From: Savitreella phatthalungensis
Lineage: Eukaryota
Direction of reading: 5' to 3'
Length of the DNA: 64,000 bases
Assembly: GCA_051599415.1 (NCBI GenBank)
Contig: AP039690.1
Coordinates: 806,001-870,000, forward strand
Made by a program: the position numbers and the translations under genes. Of this stretch, positions 41,235-53,500 are shown piece after piece; positions within the stretch are counted from its first letter, which is position 1, and every line of letters begins with the position of its first letter. The notes below the pieces were generated by a model. The model was not told where the DNA came from. It did not search any database and saw nothing but the letters and a program-made list of their open reading frames with translations.

Positions 41235-41365
41235 GTAGTCGTTGCACTTCTCTCATACTGGATTCTCATGACCTCTGACACCATCGAGCGGTTTCAGTGT
41301 GCACCACATGACTAATGAGGCTGTCGTCTGTTACCCGTGGATTAATTGCCTATGTGTGATCAGAT

Positions 41366-42094
41366 TCATACGTTGAAGAAAGCCGGTACCGAAGTGAAGT
41401 CATCAACCACCTTGTGCGCTTCTAGATCTTGTGCGGTAAGTGGCGCATTGCCAGGACGCCGAACGATCCAACGATGCATTCCTGCCTGCTTGGCTGCCGT
41501 GACCTCTTTCGGGTTGTCGCTCAGGAAGAGCCAGCAGTCCGGCTGAATGTTTGTTTGTGTGGCGATTGTCTGATAAGAAGTCGCATTGACCTTTGCACCG
41601 GCCGTGGACGTGTCGAAGTATCCGCTCAGCTCAGGAGTCAAGTCACCGATCCCATCACCAACATGGCCAAAAAGCAACTTCTGAGCCGGTATACTGCCGG
41701 ACGAGTAGATGTATGTCTGAACAGGACCTCCACTGGAGTCTGATCGGCTGGCAAGTCCACGAATGGCTGCCACAACGTCGGGATATACCGTTGATTGCAG
41801 TTCTCCTGATGCGTAACCACTCTCCCAAAGATGTCCTTGTAGAGCCTTGAATGCCGTGTGTTTCTCGTTAGCTGCATGCTTCGCCTCGACGAATGAAATG
41901 AGATCTTCAGGTGCTTGAGTCACGCCATCTGGCTCAAACGCTTGTTTGTACGGTGCAAACGCGGACGAAGACCACTGGGAGCTGATGAAAGGTCTGTATT
42001 GTCTCTGTGCATATGGGAATAGCACGTCTGATACAAATGATATCGGCGTTGTGGTCCCTTCGATATCGAGGAGTAGTGCACGCAAACGGCTCAT
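41366..42094 (-). CDS. UTR4: Enolase-phosphatase E1 (methionine salvage, HAD family)
   Basis: LLDIEGTTTPISFVSDVLFPYA, KALQGHLW..GY, YIYSSGSIPAQKLLF, YFDT..GAK, LFLSDNPKE, RPGN; ATG 42094. Confidence 0.93.
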   Translation of the reverse strand: MSRLRALLLDIEGTTTPISFVSDVLFPYAQRQYRPFISSQWSSSAFAPYKQAFEPDGVTQAPEDLISFVEAKHAANEKHTAFKALQGHLWESGYASGELQSTVYPDVVAAIRGLASRSDSSGGPVQTYIYSSGSIPAQKLLFGHVGDGIGDLTPELSGYFDTSTAGAKVNATSYQTIATQTNIQPDCWLFLSDNPKEVTAAKQAGMHRWIVRRPGNAPLTAQDLEAHKVVDDFTSVPAFFNV

Positions 42095-42345
42095 TCTATG
42101 CGACCGCAGTGAGTGCTTGACCTCTGATACCAATTTTGAATGTTGAACAGTGCTAAGACTTATTCTCTGTGTGGACAATACTGACTTGGCTAGATCGACG
42201 TCATGCAATAAGACGTATTCATCTTGAGCTTTGTTGCTCTGGCGGACAATGAGCGCAGTCGCCCTGCATGCATCCACTTCGTGGAAAGTTTGTCAGACAC
42301 AAAAAAATGGACATCTGCATCCGGGTTAATTGCATTTGCATATGA

Positions 42346-42407
42346 ACGCGTCCACGTAATATGGAGAGACGCGTTTAGAGAGACGTACAGACGCGAATGA
42401 TGCGCGT
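42346..42407. promoter_or_regulatory. MCB cluster upstream of TOF1/swi1
   Basis: ACGCGT at 42346 and 42369, ACGCGA at 42391, GCGCGT at 42402; all within about 105 nt of ATG 42450. Confidence 0.7.
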
Positions 42408-42449
42408 ATACTAAGCGGCATGTATTAAGCTTCTAGGATCAGCCCAGTG

Positions 42450-45400
42450 ATGCCATCGATATCGGGTGATGTTGCCGGCTACATTCACAACCTTGTCTCG
42501 GCTCTGGGTGGGAATGACGCTGCGAGCACGGACAACGCATATGTGCTCGGAGACGATGCGCTCGGATGCTTGCGTGACATCAAGCGTTGGCTCCAGCATT
42601 ACGATGAGAAGCGTGATAGATGGGACGTCAAAGCAGCGCTGGGCGCTATGAATGTCGTCACTACCGATCTCTGCCCAATTCTATCAGCTTGGCAACCTAG
42701 GCACGACACAATTGGTGAAGATGACCCAGTACAGCGACGTATCGCTTTGGCCTGTGTTGAGATCCTCGTGCCAATAACCTGGCCGCTGGATCTTGGACAG
42801 GACCCAGATGACACAAAGATCAGGCAATATCCAAACCTGAAGCTCGCGCTTCGGCAATACAAAACAAGTTTGCTCTTTGATACAACTTTCTCTAATGTGC
42901 TGCCAAATGTGATGCGAGTGGCATATCCATCGCTCGCTGTGCCTCGTCACAAACGTAGTGATCGCGATATTGGGATCATCAGGCTTGTGCTCTATCTGCT
43001 GCGCAATCTTAGCGCCATCGACGAAAGCAGTCGAAGATCAGAGACTATCATCGCTTTCGACAAAGCTAGAGCGCTGGACTTTCTCTCGACCTTGGCATCA
43101 GGAATCGGCGAAGATTTCACAGATGAGGACGTGATCGTGCTAGATGTCTTTTACAATCTCCTGCGAGGTGTGGACAGCTCAACTGTCTTCGATCTTACAA
43201 AGTCAGACACGGCAACCATTGCCAACGAGCTCGGCGGCCTGCTATCTCGTGAGAAAGATATGCGCACGAGCCACCGAAGCAAGGCCCATACTCGACACAA
43301 CCGATTCGGCACGATGGTCTCGATCGTCAAAGATGATCGACGCTATACCATCCCTTCACAGGCAGGTGTGCTTCAAAATCCTCACGGCGGCCGTCTCGAG
43401 AGCATTGATGCTGCAAAGAAGTGGAATCGTCCTGCGAGGGGCATAAAGGCAGAGGAAGACATTGATCGCAGAGTGTCCCTCAATATCGAGGCCCGTTGTG
43501 CTGTCGGCTCATTCACTCGAGATCTGCTCGAGTCTGGGTTCAATCCGCTTTTCAGCTCATTACTCAGAGCTCTCGAGTCAGATAGTACCCGCATTTCGCA
43601 GGATAATCGTCGACAATTCCTTTGGCTCCAGGGCTGGTGTCTGAAGGCGATGAGACAAAAAGCTCGATCCGACCGCAAGAAGTCTAACAGCATTGATTGC
43701 GCAGACGCAGACTTTGACGCCGATGCCGACTGGCGTCTTGTCGGAGCAGTTCTCGAGCAGCGTGCTTTGATCACTCTGAGAAAAATGTTGCGTGAGGCGA
43801 TCGAGACGCGCGAGTGGAAGGAGGCACACGCGGCAATGGAGTGTCTGCGAGAGGTATTGCAAACCCTCGGAGCGATGCAGATGTCCTCAGATGTGGATTT
43901 TCAAGAGATCGCCGAAAACTTGTTGTCCAACCTGTTCTACGAGGAGCAATCTCTCGAGCTCATTGCCACGGCAGTGAGGACATACACGAATCAGAGCTTT
44001 GGCTATCTGGACGCAGTCACCGAACTCGCCGCCGTGCTCCTCAAAATGCTCGAAAAGCATGCGTCCGCGAAGACACACATGTACGTCCGCGCGCGCCGGC
44101 AAAGACAGCGAAAGAAACGTCAGGTCGCGCAGACTTCGATGGCTCCAGGTGTCGACTCAAGATTGCTCGCTAACCAGGACAGTGGTAATGCTTCTGAAGA
44201 CGAGGAAGCAGCTGAAGCACAAGCACGGGAAGCCGTTCACGAGCGTGCGTTCGACTACTTGAAGTTCGAGGCAAAATTCATGAACGAGCACGCCGTCGAT
44301 ACTTATGTCGCCTTGCTCGAATTTTACGCCGACTTATCGAGTGAACAGATCAAGCGCTGCATCGCTTTCTTCCACCGATGTGCGATCAAGCAGCAGCGCG
44401 AGGTGCTCATCTTCCGCATTGACTTGCTCGAGCTGATGTTACGCATGGTAAACGATACAGCGGGTTTGCCGTCCAACTCTTCTGCTCGGTCAGAGGTCCA
44501 CAACTTCCTGAGGTATATCTTTCGCCGTCTCTGCAAATCCGTTGATGCTGCTCCAGCCCTGGTTTGGGAGATCTTGTTCCCAAAGATGTCTGCTGATGGT
44601 TATTACCTTACACACCACGAGGATCGCGCGCCGAAGATCAAGGCATCGCCTCGCGTCCCTGCAGAGCTGAAGGTGCTTGCAAGTGTTGGCGATCGTGAGC
44701 AGCAACTGAAAGTGGTTGTCGGTGCTCTGCTGGATGCAGGACGGAATGCGTGGCTTGAGTGGCTCGCCACAAGATTGGATGGCATTGTGAGCGAGAAGAT
44801 GGCCTGGGAAGCGCGAAGTGCGGCAATCGATAGTATGCAGGTGGCTACGTCTGCTTTGGACGATCGAGGAGTGACTGCAGCAGTTGAGCAGCCATCTTTT
44901 TCACTCAAATGTGGTGACGATACTGATCTAGAGAAAATGGTCTTTGCCGATGGCCGCGCCAGACTGCTGCTCAAGTTGCTAGGAGCCGTCCGCACGGGTG
45001 ATCGAACGGACGCCTCAGCTTTCTACGTGCTGACTTCCGAATTCGATGCCGATACACTGAAAAGGGACGCTGGCCTACTGCGCGAATGGCTGATTGATAC
45101 GCCGACCTTTGACGACGGCAAAACAGCTCAAGACTATCTTCGTCGTGAGGGGAAGCGAAATACTAGCACTGATGATGGCGAGAGTGACGAGTCGAGTGAC
45201 GACATGAGCGACAGGTCATCGGCCATACACGAACGTGCAACGAAGCGTGGAATAGGAAAGGGGAAACAGCGTAAGCGCCAGCGGCGACGCTCCAGTGCAG
45301 ATCAGCTTGTTGATGATGAGGAGCTGGAAGAAAGAAGACGTCGTCGAGCAGAAGCTGAAGCCGAGCGGCACCGACAAATCAAGTCATCAAAATACGTGCA

Positions 45401-45845
45401 CGACTCGGACCTTGAAGATGATGAAGCTGCTGATGCTGAATTCTTTGCACGCGAAGCTGCTCTACGCGAGAGGATGAAGCTAAAAGCACAAGGATTGCTG
45501 ATGGCTGAGGAAATGGGAGGCGCGGGCAAAACGAAAGCCAAAAAGAGTCGATCTTCGCAGAAATTACAAAGTCAGGTCTCTCGCAGTCCTGTGGACACAG
45601 ATGAAGATTCTGATTTGGAAATAACAAGACCTGTGGCAATGAAGCAACCGACCAGATCGTCTGCACTATTCTTTGCAGACTCAGATGACGAAGAAGTCAC
45701 TTACACGAATGCAAGGGCAGTCCTGCAATCCTCGCCTCAAAAGGTCAATACAGCTGGCATGCACGAAGGCGTTCAGCCTCTGAAAGATGCCTCAAGGCCT
45801 ATGCGCCGGCGTGGATTGATCTTCAGCGACGATGAAGACGATTAG
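42450..45845 (+). CDS. TOF1: Replication fork protection protein Tof1/Swi1 (Timeless)
   Basis: LVSALGG..YVLGDDALGCLRDIKRWL, ACVEILVPITWP, TRHNRFGT, FNPLF, NLFYEE, IKSSKYVHDSD, FFAREAALR. Confidence 0.93.
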   Translation: MPSISGDVAGYIHNLVSALGGNDAASTDNAYVLGDDALGCLRDIKRWLQHYDEKRDRWDVKAALGAMNVVTTDLCPILSAWQPRHDTIGEDDPVQRRIALACVEILVPITWPLDLGQDPDDTKIRQYPNLKLALRQYKTSLLFDTTFSNVLPNVMRVAYPSLAVPRHKRSDRDIGIIRLVLYLLRNLSAIDESSRRSETIIAFDKARALDFLSTLASGIGEDFTDEDVIVLDVFYNLLRGVDSSTVFDLTKSDTATIANELGGLLSREKDMRTSHRSKAHTRHNRFGTMVSIVKDDRRYTIPSQAGVLQNPHGGRLESIDAAKKWNRPARGIKAEEDIDRRVSLNIEARCAVGSFTRDLLESGFNPLFSSLLRALESDSTRISQDNRRQFLWLQGWCLKAMRQKARSDRKKSNSIDCADADFDADADWRLVGAVLEQRALITLRKMLREAIETREWKEAHAAMECLREVLQTLGAMQMSSDVDFQEIAENLLSNLFYEEQSLELIATAVRTYTNQSFGYLDAVTELAAVLLKMLEKHASAKTHMYVRARRQRQRKKRQVAQTSMAPGVDSRLLANQDSGNASEDEEAAEAQAREAVHERAFDYLKFEAKFMNEHAVDTYVALLEFYADLSSEQIKRCIAFFHRCAIKQQREVLIFRIDLLELMLRMVNDTAGLPSNSSARSEVHNFLRYIFRRLCKSVDAAPALVWEILFPKMSADGYYLTHHEDRAPKIKASPRVPAELKVLASVGDREQQLKVVVGALLDAGRNAWLEWLATRLDGIVSEKMAWEARSAAIDSMQVATSALDDRGVTAAVEQPSFSLKCGDDTDLEKMVFADGRARLLLKLLGAVRTGDRTDASAFYVLTSEFDADTLKRDAGLLREWLIDTPTFDDGKTAQDYLRREGKRNTSTDDGESDESSDDMSDRSSAIHERATKRGIGKGKQRKRQRRRSSADQLVDDEELEERRRRRAEAEAERHRQIKSSKYVHDSDLEDDEAADAEFFAREAALRERMKLKAQGLLMAEEMGGAGKTKAKKSRSSQKLQSQVSRSPVDTDEDSDLEITRPVAMKQPTRSSALFFADSDDEEVTYTNARAVLQSSPQKVNTAGMHEGVQPLKDASRPMRRRGLIFSDDEDD

Positions 45846-46672
45846 GACCTTAAGTATGACTGGACCAGGATTCGGATGATTGCTCAGAGGTCCTTCCGAT
45901 GGTTGCGTTGTAGTTTCTTATGTGGCAAATTCTTACAATTGTTAATTCGTGCCACGGGACCCAAGTCATGGCAATTTGAACACGTGCAAATACAATCCCA
46001 CCTAGAGTACATCATGCATTTACTCCAGTCGAATTGCGTTTGAGCTTATGAGCAGTGTCAGACCCGTAACTCACAGATAGCACCTATAGCTTTCCGTACT
46101 CATGCACAAAAATTTCCCGATTTCGACTCAATTATAGGTGAAGGTCGACTGGGGCCAAATAGATCCAATTCGCTGCATTGATCAAAGTCACTGCAGGTTT
46201 GCAGAGACCCAGTCGGAGGGTGAATTGGGAGTTCAGCGAGTACTCAAATTGAATTCGATTATGGAAGTTATAGCAAAATCGAGTCAACAGTTTAGAAGTG
46301 TAAAAGTGATTGGCGATTCTCAGCCCGATCGAATCTACTGGGCAAAGATCTCGACCTCTGCCATCATGGCCAGACCTGACCGGTTCCAGAATAGCTGAGT
46401 AGGGTAAAAAATCAAACAACGTCCGATCGCTCGATCTAGAAAGTTTAGCTAGAAACCCGTTAGTTACCCGAACATCCTTCCGTTCTAGTAGTAATTCAGG
46501 TCAGACTTTGGATACGAACCGATGAAGAACAATATAGCCCAGCCTGGACTCGACCACTCAACAGTGATGGCGTTCTCGTCCTTCCTTTCCCACTCGAGGT
46601 CGACTCAAAAATGGATGCGCAAAATGTTTACTCTCGTGCAAAGACGAGTCACCATTGACAACAAGTCTGCGA

Positions 46673-46730
46673 ATGACTCATCTAGTCACGCTTTTTGATA
46701 CCATGCTGTACCGGGATCTGCTCTGAGTCA
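46673..46730. promoter_or_regulatory. Paired Gcn4/CpcA/AP-1-type sites upstream of KGD1
   Basis: ATGACTCAT at 46673-46681 and TGAGTCA at 46724-46730; motif match only. Confidence 0.4.
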
Positions 46731-47244
46731 ATGGTTCTCAATGAATGTTCTCTTATCCGTGGTGTGCATCTTTTATTGTTCCATCACATGCATTTCTTAG
46801 TCTAATTTATAAATTTGGTAACCCCCGGGCAGAGGAAGCAAGCACACAGAGACAAACACGCATATATGCAGTCAAGCTCGAAAATTCAAATTCGGAATCC
46901 CGTGGGTTGACGGGAGATTCGGATGCATCCAAGCGCTTACTCGCCGGAGAACAATTTCGACCTCGATCAAGGATCTTTACCTTACACCCGGCCATGCACA
47001 TCCACGCTTTACACCCACACCCGCATCCACACCCACACCAGCACCCACTTCCTCGTCCACGTCCGAACCAACAACAATTCCCATCATCGTTCTGGTTCAG
47101 GTTCTCGACGTAGACACTAGTAACTATCCCAGGCAGTCTGCGCACTGCCACTGTCGCTCGCAAAAAGCAATTGTCTCTAAATAACTTGCGTTGATCACGT
47201 CACTTTACAAAAGACATCCACTCAGTCCCGATCGCTCACTCCAC

Positions 47245-50200
47245 ATGTTGCGATCGTGCTCGTCGAGGGTGTCTCGGCCATGGCACCGGCTAGCTGCACA
47301 TCGACGCTTGCCGGCAGATGCGTCCCTGCGCTCAACTTTCCTGCGCTCAACTTTCCTGCGTTCCATGGCTACAGTTGCTCAGGCAAAAGGCAGCGGTGCG
47401 CCAGCCGCTTCTGACTCATTCCTCCAGTCAAACAGCGCCAACTACATCGACGAGATGTATGCGGCATGGAAGCAGGACCCGAGCTCTGTTCACGTCTCTT
47501 GGCAGGTCTACTTCAAGAACATGGACAACGGCATTGCCCCATCACAGGCGTTCCAGCCACCGCCCACCATTGTTCCCACACCTTCAGGCGGCATCCCCAG
47601 TATTGTCCCTGGAGCAGGCCTCGCACCCGGAACAGATGTGTCGAATCATCTCAAGGTTCAGCTTCTTGTTCGTGCCTACCAAGTCCGCGGTCACCTCAAA
47701 GCAAATATCGATCCACTCAACATCGTCGATTCCGCAAAGAAGGGCGCACGGGAGCTCGATCTTTCACACTACGACTTCACAGAGGCAGATATGGACAAGG
47801 AGTTTGCTCTCGGTCCGGGCATCTTGCCTAGATTTGCCACGGAAGGGCGCGAGAAGATGAAGCTGCGCGACATTATTGCGGCCTGCGAAAAGATTTACTG
47901 CGGCTCCTATGGTGCAGAGTACATTCACATTCCCGATCGCGAGCAGTGCGATTGGCTGCGAGAACGTCTCGAAGTTCCAGTGCCTTTCAAGTACAACGTG
48001 GATGAGAAACGTCGAATTCTCGACCGTCTGATCTGGTCTGATTCCTTCGAACGCTTCCTTTCTTCGAAATACCCGAACGACAAACGTTTTGGACTGGAGG
48101 GATGCGAAGCCTTGATTCCAGGCATGAAAGAGCTCATCGATGATTCTGTGGAGCGAGGCATTCAGTCAATCGTCATCGGCATGCCGCACCGTGGTCGCCT
48201 GAATGTGCTAGCAAACGTCGTCCGCAAACCCACGGAAGCCATCTTCTCCGAGTTTGCTGGATCTCAGGAGCCATCTGACGAAGGCTCCGGTGACGTCAAG
48301 TACCACCTCGGAATGAACTACGAGCGTCCGACACCTTCAGGCAAGCGTGTCAACCTCTCACTTGTTGCTAATCCTTCACATCTCGAGGCAGAAGATCCAG
48401 TCGTGCTCGGCAAGACTCGCGCAATACAGCACTTCAGCAACGACGAGCGGGAACACTCTCACTCCATGGGGCTGCTGTTGCACGGCGATGCAGCTTTCGC
48501 TGGTCAGGGCGTTGTCTACGAGACCATCGGCATGCATGCCCTTCCTGGCTACTCTACCGGCGGCACGATCCATATTGTCGTCAACAACCAGATCGGTTTC
48601 ACCACTGACCCACGTTTCTCTCGTTCGACTCCATACTGCTCTGACATTGCAAAGTCAATCGACGCTCCGATTTTCCATGTTAACGGCGATGACGTGGAGG
48701 CGGTCACGTTCATTTGCAGGCTTGCCTCAGAGTGGCGTGCCACGTTCAAGCGCGATGTCGTTATTGACATTGTCTGCTACCGTAAGCACGGACACAACGA
48801 GACTGACCAGCCTTCCTTCACACAGCCACTGATGTACAAGCGCATCGCTGAGCACAAGCCGGCACTCGAGCTCTACTGCGACCAGCTTCTGAAGGATGGA
48901 ACTTTCAGCAAGGAGGACATCGAGGAGCACAAAAAGTGGGTCTGGAACATTCTTGAGGAGAACTTCGCCAAGTCAAAAGACTACGAGCCAACGTCACGTG
49001 ATTGGTTGACGGCTGCTTGGAACGGTTTCGCATCGCCAAAAGATCTTGCGACCAAGATCCTTCCACACCTTCCCACCGCTGTCGAGGAGAATACGCTAAA
49101 GAGCATCGCAAAGGTCATCTCAAGTGTGCCTAAGGACTTCACCGTCCACAAGAATTTGAAACGTATTGTCGAGAACCGTGGCAAGACGGTCGACAAGGGC
49201 GAAGGCATTGACTGGGCAACAGGTGAAGCTTTGGCTTTTGGTTCTCTATTGCTCGAGGGACACCACATTCGCGTCTCAGGTCAAGATGTGGAGCGTGGTA
49301 CCTTCTCACAACGTCACGCTGTATTGCACGACCAGGAGAACGAGAACACGTTCGTGCCGCTCAACACACTTGACCCGAAACAGGCTGCCTTTGTCATCGT
49401 CAACTCGCATCTTTCAGAATTCGGAGCGCTTGGATTTGAGTATGGTTACTCACTGTCCTCGCCTAATGCACTTGTCATGTGGGAGGCTCAATTCGGTGAC
49501 TTTGCCAACAACGCCCAGTGCATCATCGATCAGTTCGTTGCGTCAGGCGAGAACAAGTGGCAGCAGCGGTCAGGTCTGGTGATGTCGCTTCCTCACGGTT
49601 ACGACGGCCAGGGTCCCGAGCACTCGTCTGCACGTATCGAGCGTTATCTGCAGCTCAACAACGACGATCCCCGTATCTTCCCTGCCCCAGAAAAGCTCGA
49701 CCGCCAGCACCAGGACTGCAACATGCAGGTCGTCTACCCGACTACCCCTGCAAACCTTTTCCACGTCCTCCGTCGTCAGATCCACCGTGAGTTCCGCAAG
49801 CCGCTCATTCTATTCTTCTCAAAAGCCCTTTTGCGCCACCCGATCGCACGGTCTCCACTATCTGACTTCACCGGCGATTCTCACTTCCAGCGGGTGATTC
49901 CGGAAGTCGAGGCGTCGATCAAGCCTGCAGAACAGTGCAAGCGCGTGGTTCTGTGCTCTGGACAGGTGTACGCTGCGCTCATCAAGGCTCGTCAGGACAA
50001 CAACATCGACGACATTGCGATTGTGCGTGTCGAGCAGTTCATGCCGTTCCCATGGGAGCAGCTGTGTGAGGAGCTCGACAGATACACTGGGGTGGATGAG
50101 ATTGTGTGGTGCCAGGAGGAGCCATTGAACGGTGGCGCATGGACGTACATGCACCCCAGATTCGAGACTCTCCTCCACAACACAAAAAACCACCAGGGCA

Positions 50201-50328
50201 AGCGCGTCAAATTCGCAGGACGTGGACCTAGCAGCTCTGTCGCCACAGGTAACAAAAAGCAGCACGCCATGGAGCAAGAGAGCTTAGTCCAGGAGGCTCT
50301 CGCTCTCAAACCACTTGTCGGCCGCTAG
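47245..50328 (+). CDS. KGD1: 2-oxoglutarate dehydrogenase E1 subunit, mitochondrial
   Basis: [46 protein letters not shown] (ThDP motif), [23 protein letters not shown]; presequence from ATG 47245. Confidence 0.98.
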   Translation: MLRSCSSRVSRPWHRLAAHRRLPADASLRSTFLRSTFLRSMATVAQAKGSGAPAASDSFLQSNSANYIDEMYAAWKQDPSSVHVSWQVYFKNMDNGIAPSQAFQPPPTIVPTPSGGIPSIVPGAGLAPGTDVSNHLKVQLLVRAYQVRGHLKANIDPLNIVDSAKKGARELDLSHYDFTEADMDKEFALGPGILPRFATEGREKMKLRDIIAACEKIYCGSYGAEYIHIPDREQCDWLRERLEVPVPFKYNVDEKRRILDRLIWSDSFERFLSSKYPNDKRFGLEGCEALIPGMKELIDDSVERGIQSIVIGMPHRGRLNVLANVVRKPTEAIFSEFAGSQEPSDEGSGDVKYHLGMNYERPTPSGKRVNLSLVANPSHLEAEDPVVLGKTRAIQHFSNDEREHSHSMGLLLHGDAAFAGQGVVYETIGMHALPGYSTGGTIHIVVNNQIGFTTDPRFSRSTPYCSDIAKSIDAPIFHVNGDDVEAVTFICRLASEWRATFKRDVVIDIVCYRKHGHNETDQPSFTQPLMYKRIAEHKPALELYCDQLLKDGTFSKEDIEEHKKWVWNILEENFAKSKDYEPTSRDWLTAAWNGFASPKDLATKILPHLPTAVEENTLKSIAKVISSVPKDFTVHKNLKRIVENRGKTVDKGEGIDWATGEALAFGSLLLEGHHIRVSGQDVERGTFSQRHAVLHDQENENTFVPLNTLDPKQAAFVIVNSHLSEFGALGFEYGYSLSSPNALVMWEAQFGDFANNAQCIIDQFVASGENKWQQRSGLVMSLPHGYDGQGPEHSSARIERYLQLNNDDPRIFPAPEKLDRQHQDCNMQVVYPTTPANLFHVLRRQIHREFRKPLILFFSKALLRHPIARSPLSDFTGDSHFQRVIPEVEASIKPAEQCKRVVLCSGQVYAALIKARQDNNIDDIAIVRVEQFMPFPWEQLCEELDRYTGVDEIVWCQEEPLNGGAWTYMHPRFETLLHNTKNHQGKRVKFAGRGPSSSVATGNKKQHAMEQESLVQEALALKPLVGR

Positions 50329-50549
50329 ACGATGTAGTAAGGTTAAAACTTATCAGACCTTTTGTCAAAAAATCAGGATCCATTATTTACATCAACTGAT
50401 TTTACTAGATTTGTGGTCGGAACTCTGCGGGTCGTAGGGGCTTGATGCCTCAGCACAATCGACTAGCCAGTCGCCACAGGATGTTTCATTGGATGTCGTT
50501 ATGTGAAGCCGTACAGGAGATATCAGTGCTGTCTGACAATCTCAGTCAA

Positions 50550-53500
50550 TTAAGCCACAGAGGGGTGACAGAACGGGTGGTCAAGCAATGCAGCTGCAGA
50601 TGGTCGTCTTGCGAGATCGTCGTCGAAAGTGCGAGCAAGGAAGTCCTTGGCCTCTGTAGAGACGATCGATGGGATTGTCGGGGCAGATGGATTCGAACGC
50701 GTTGGAATCACGAGTAGCTGCTCTTCGCGTGCACCTGCACTCGTTGCATCTGTAATACTTGCAGCGTTGGTTGCTGAGGGCCCTTGAGCCGCAGTACTGA
50801 TGGCTGCGTCACCCATGTCGTGAGACTGGTCTGATGGACTGCTGTCAGGAACGACTTCTCGCGACAATCGTGATGGTCTGAGAGGAGTGACTGTGCTCGC
50901 TGAGCTTGGAGACTTTTCCGACAAGGGCAACGGTTCTGCACCAGCATGGCTGGTGGGTGATTTGAGAGCTTCGCTACTTGTGAAACCTCCGCCACCGCCA
51001 CCAATCCGAAAGATGGCCTGCATCTGATCAAGATCTGGATATGGATGTCGAGCTGTGAACATCTCGATGATCAAACATCCTAGAGACCAGATGTCAGCTT
51101 TGGACGTGTATCGTTGATGACGCACGACTTCTGGAGCCATCCAGTAAACGGACCCCTGCAGCGAAGGTCTGTGGTGTGCATTTGCCTGACTAGAAGCAGG
51201 AAACGTTGGGCGAGTTGAGCGCTCCTCATTTTGAGGGTCGACAGTGCCGATATCTGCAGACAGCAGATCAGCTTCGACTTTTTTCGAGATGCCAAAGTCA
51301 CTAATTTTGATGACGCCTTTGTTGTCAACCAAGATATTGCCACCCTTTATGTCACGATGAATAATTGCACGCCCGTGGAGGTAGCTGAGGCCTGCAAGGA
51401 TTTGTCTGACGAATTGTCTTACAAGAGGCTCTTTGAAAGCGCCGTAGTCTGCAAGCATCTTTGAGACCGATCCACCCGGGACGTACTCGAGGAAAATGTT
51501 GAGGTGAGTGTCGTCGAAATTGGAACCCAGATATTGTACCACATTATCGTGCTGCATGTCTCGGAGCAGGGCGATCTCGCGTTGCAAAGCGCGGAGCATT
51601 TGTGCATTACGAGATTGCGCATCGCGATCGCCGTGAGTTCGGGGCAAATCGACCTGTTTGACCGCCATAAGCTCACCGGTGAGGGCATTCATGCCAAGCA
51701 CAACACTGCCAAACGAACCTTGACCAATCAACATACCCTTGTGCCAGAGTGACGGGCCAGTATCTTCTGCAGCACGGATGGAGCTGACAAGGTCAGTCGA
51801 GCCGTCTATGCCGGCAAGCGAAGCACGAGCGTCTAGCGTGATATCTTCTGCTTCTGTTGACGCCAACTTCTCTTTCAGATAGTCTGGTAGATCATATTCC
51901 TCCTCGTCGCCATCAATATCTTCCACCACGTCACTATCCTCTGATGCGGATATGCCATCGTCTCCTTTGAAGGTCGTGTCAGATTTCTGGTCATCATCGT
52001 CATCACCGCTCACCGGGTTGGAGTCATTGCCGGTGATTGAGCCGCCACTGCGTTTTTGCAGCAGATGCGTGGGAAGGTCGGGGCTCTGGCTGTCGTGTTT
52101 GATCAGTGAGCGCTTGGACTGTACGCTACGCCGTGACTTCACCGAGTAGAGTGAAGGAGCACGGTAGATTGAGCCTGGTCGCCGCGGACGAGGAACTGCC
52201 GTCGAATTGATCCATGCATCGCCCACGGTTGGGACAGCATGCAATGAGCTAGATACACTCAGTGCCGATGCATTGGAGTAGCGGCGGCCAAGGGGCATCC
52301 TCGCCGTAGGCAGCTGCTGTGTCTGTGCCACCATACTCATTCGCTGAGACCTGCGGATCGAGTTGCGAACTGTTTTTTCGAGCATCTGCGTGCTGGCGTC
52401 CGGGAAATAATCCTGGAGGTTCGAAGAAATCAGCTCAGATGGAGGACGTCCTCCGAAGAATTCCTTGATGCGAGCCTTCGGACCACGAGCACTTCCTGAT
52501 AGGCCATGAGATGATCCCGAAGATCCCGGTGCCATCGGACTGCCTATCGGACTTGGTAAGCCGTTCTGAGAATCTCCTCGGATGTGAGATGGCAGGTCGC
52601 CGAAGAAACCACCAATCTTTTTGAGCTTGCTAATGTTGTTGACCATGGCAGTGCTCCGCAAGAGTTCTTGCTGCTCTTGCGCAATTTTGTGGGATTGCTT
52701 GATCTCTGCGATAGAAGGTGTTGTGTTGAGCTTGGAGAGGATTAAGCGCTCGCGCTCGGGAATTGATGGGTCACGACAGACGTCCAGGAGATCTTCTGCA
52801 TCGAGAAGGCGCGGCGGTGAGCCTTCATTTGCAACAAAAACGCAGTAGTTGGCAACGCGATGTTCCGGATTATTGGTCAAGCTCTCGACGAGGCCAAACT
52901 TCTTCAGTGCTTTCTCCAGGATTTGTTCTGTAGCCACACAGTCTGAGATGTTGACGATTCGCGTTTGACCTTCTTCACCGATGAAGCGAACGCAATTGGA
53001 TAGCAAAGACGTGCTACCCGCTGCTGGTCTCAAGCCAAAGTCTGCAGCGCCAGGACTTCTGACACGTTTCGGCGAATACTGGATCGGCGCCTGCAAGGTG
53101 CGTGTACTAGAAGTTGCGGTTGTGCTGCTGGAAGTATGCGCTGCAGGACTGTTCCGCAGTGTTGTAGATATCGAAGCGCTCGCGCTATGATGCGGTGTCG
53201 ACGGCGAGTCTCTGGCAGGTGACCCTGGCATGGACTGACTGCCAGAGGGAGGCAGCTCTGCTAGAAGCACTGATGCGATTGACGTTGTCTTTCGTAGTTC
53301 GAAACATTGGGCTCGTAGCTTTCGGATCGACGACAGTATGCGAACGCGATCGCCGACTTTGGTTATACCAAGCTCTTTGAGTGCTTGCTGATCACAATCG
53401 AGGAGCGATTTACCGGTTATGTTGTTGTCGACGAAGACCGTTGCGTAGCCTGCGCTATTGATGCTCCGAAGCCATTCAGCCACGGCTGATTCGTCCCATG

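Noticed and set aside
40404..42277. Non-ATG N-terminal extensions on TIF6 and UTR4 (likewise LSM8, KGD1, YTP1) shown in the ORF track
   Set aside because: They start at TTG/GTG upstream of ATGs that coincide with the conserved N-termini, and the extensions have no recognisable features.
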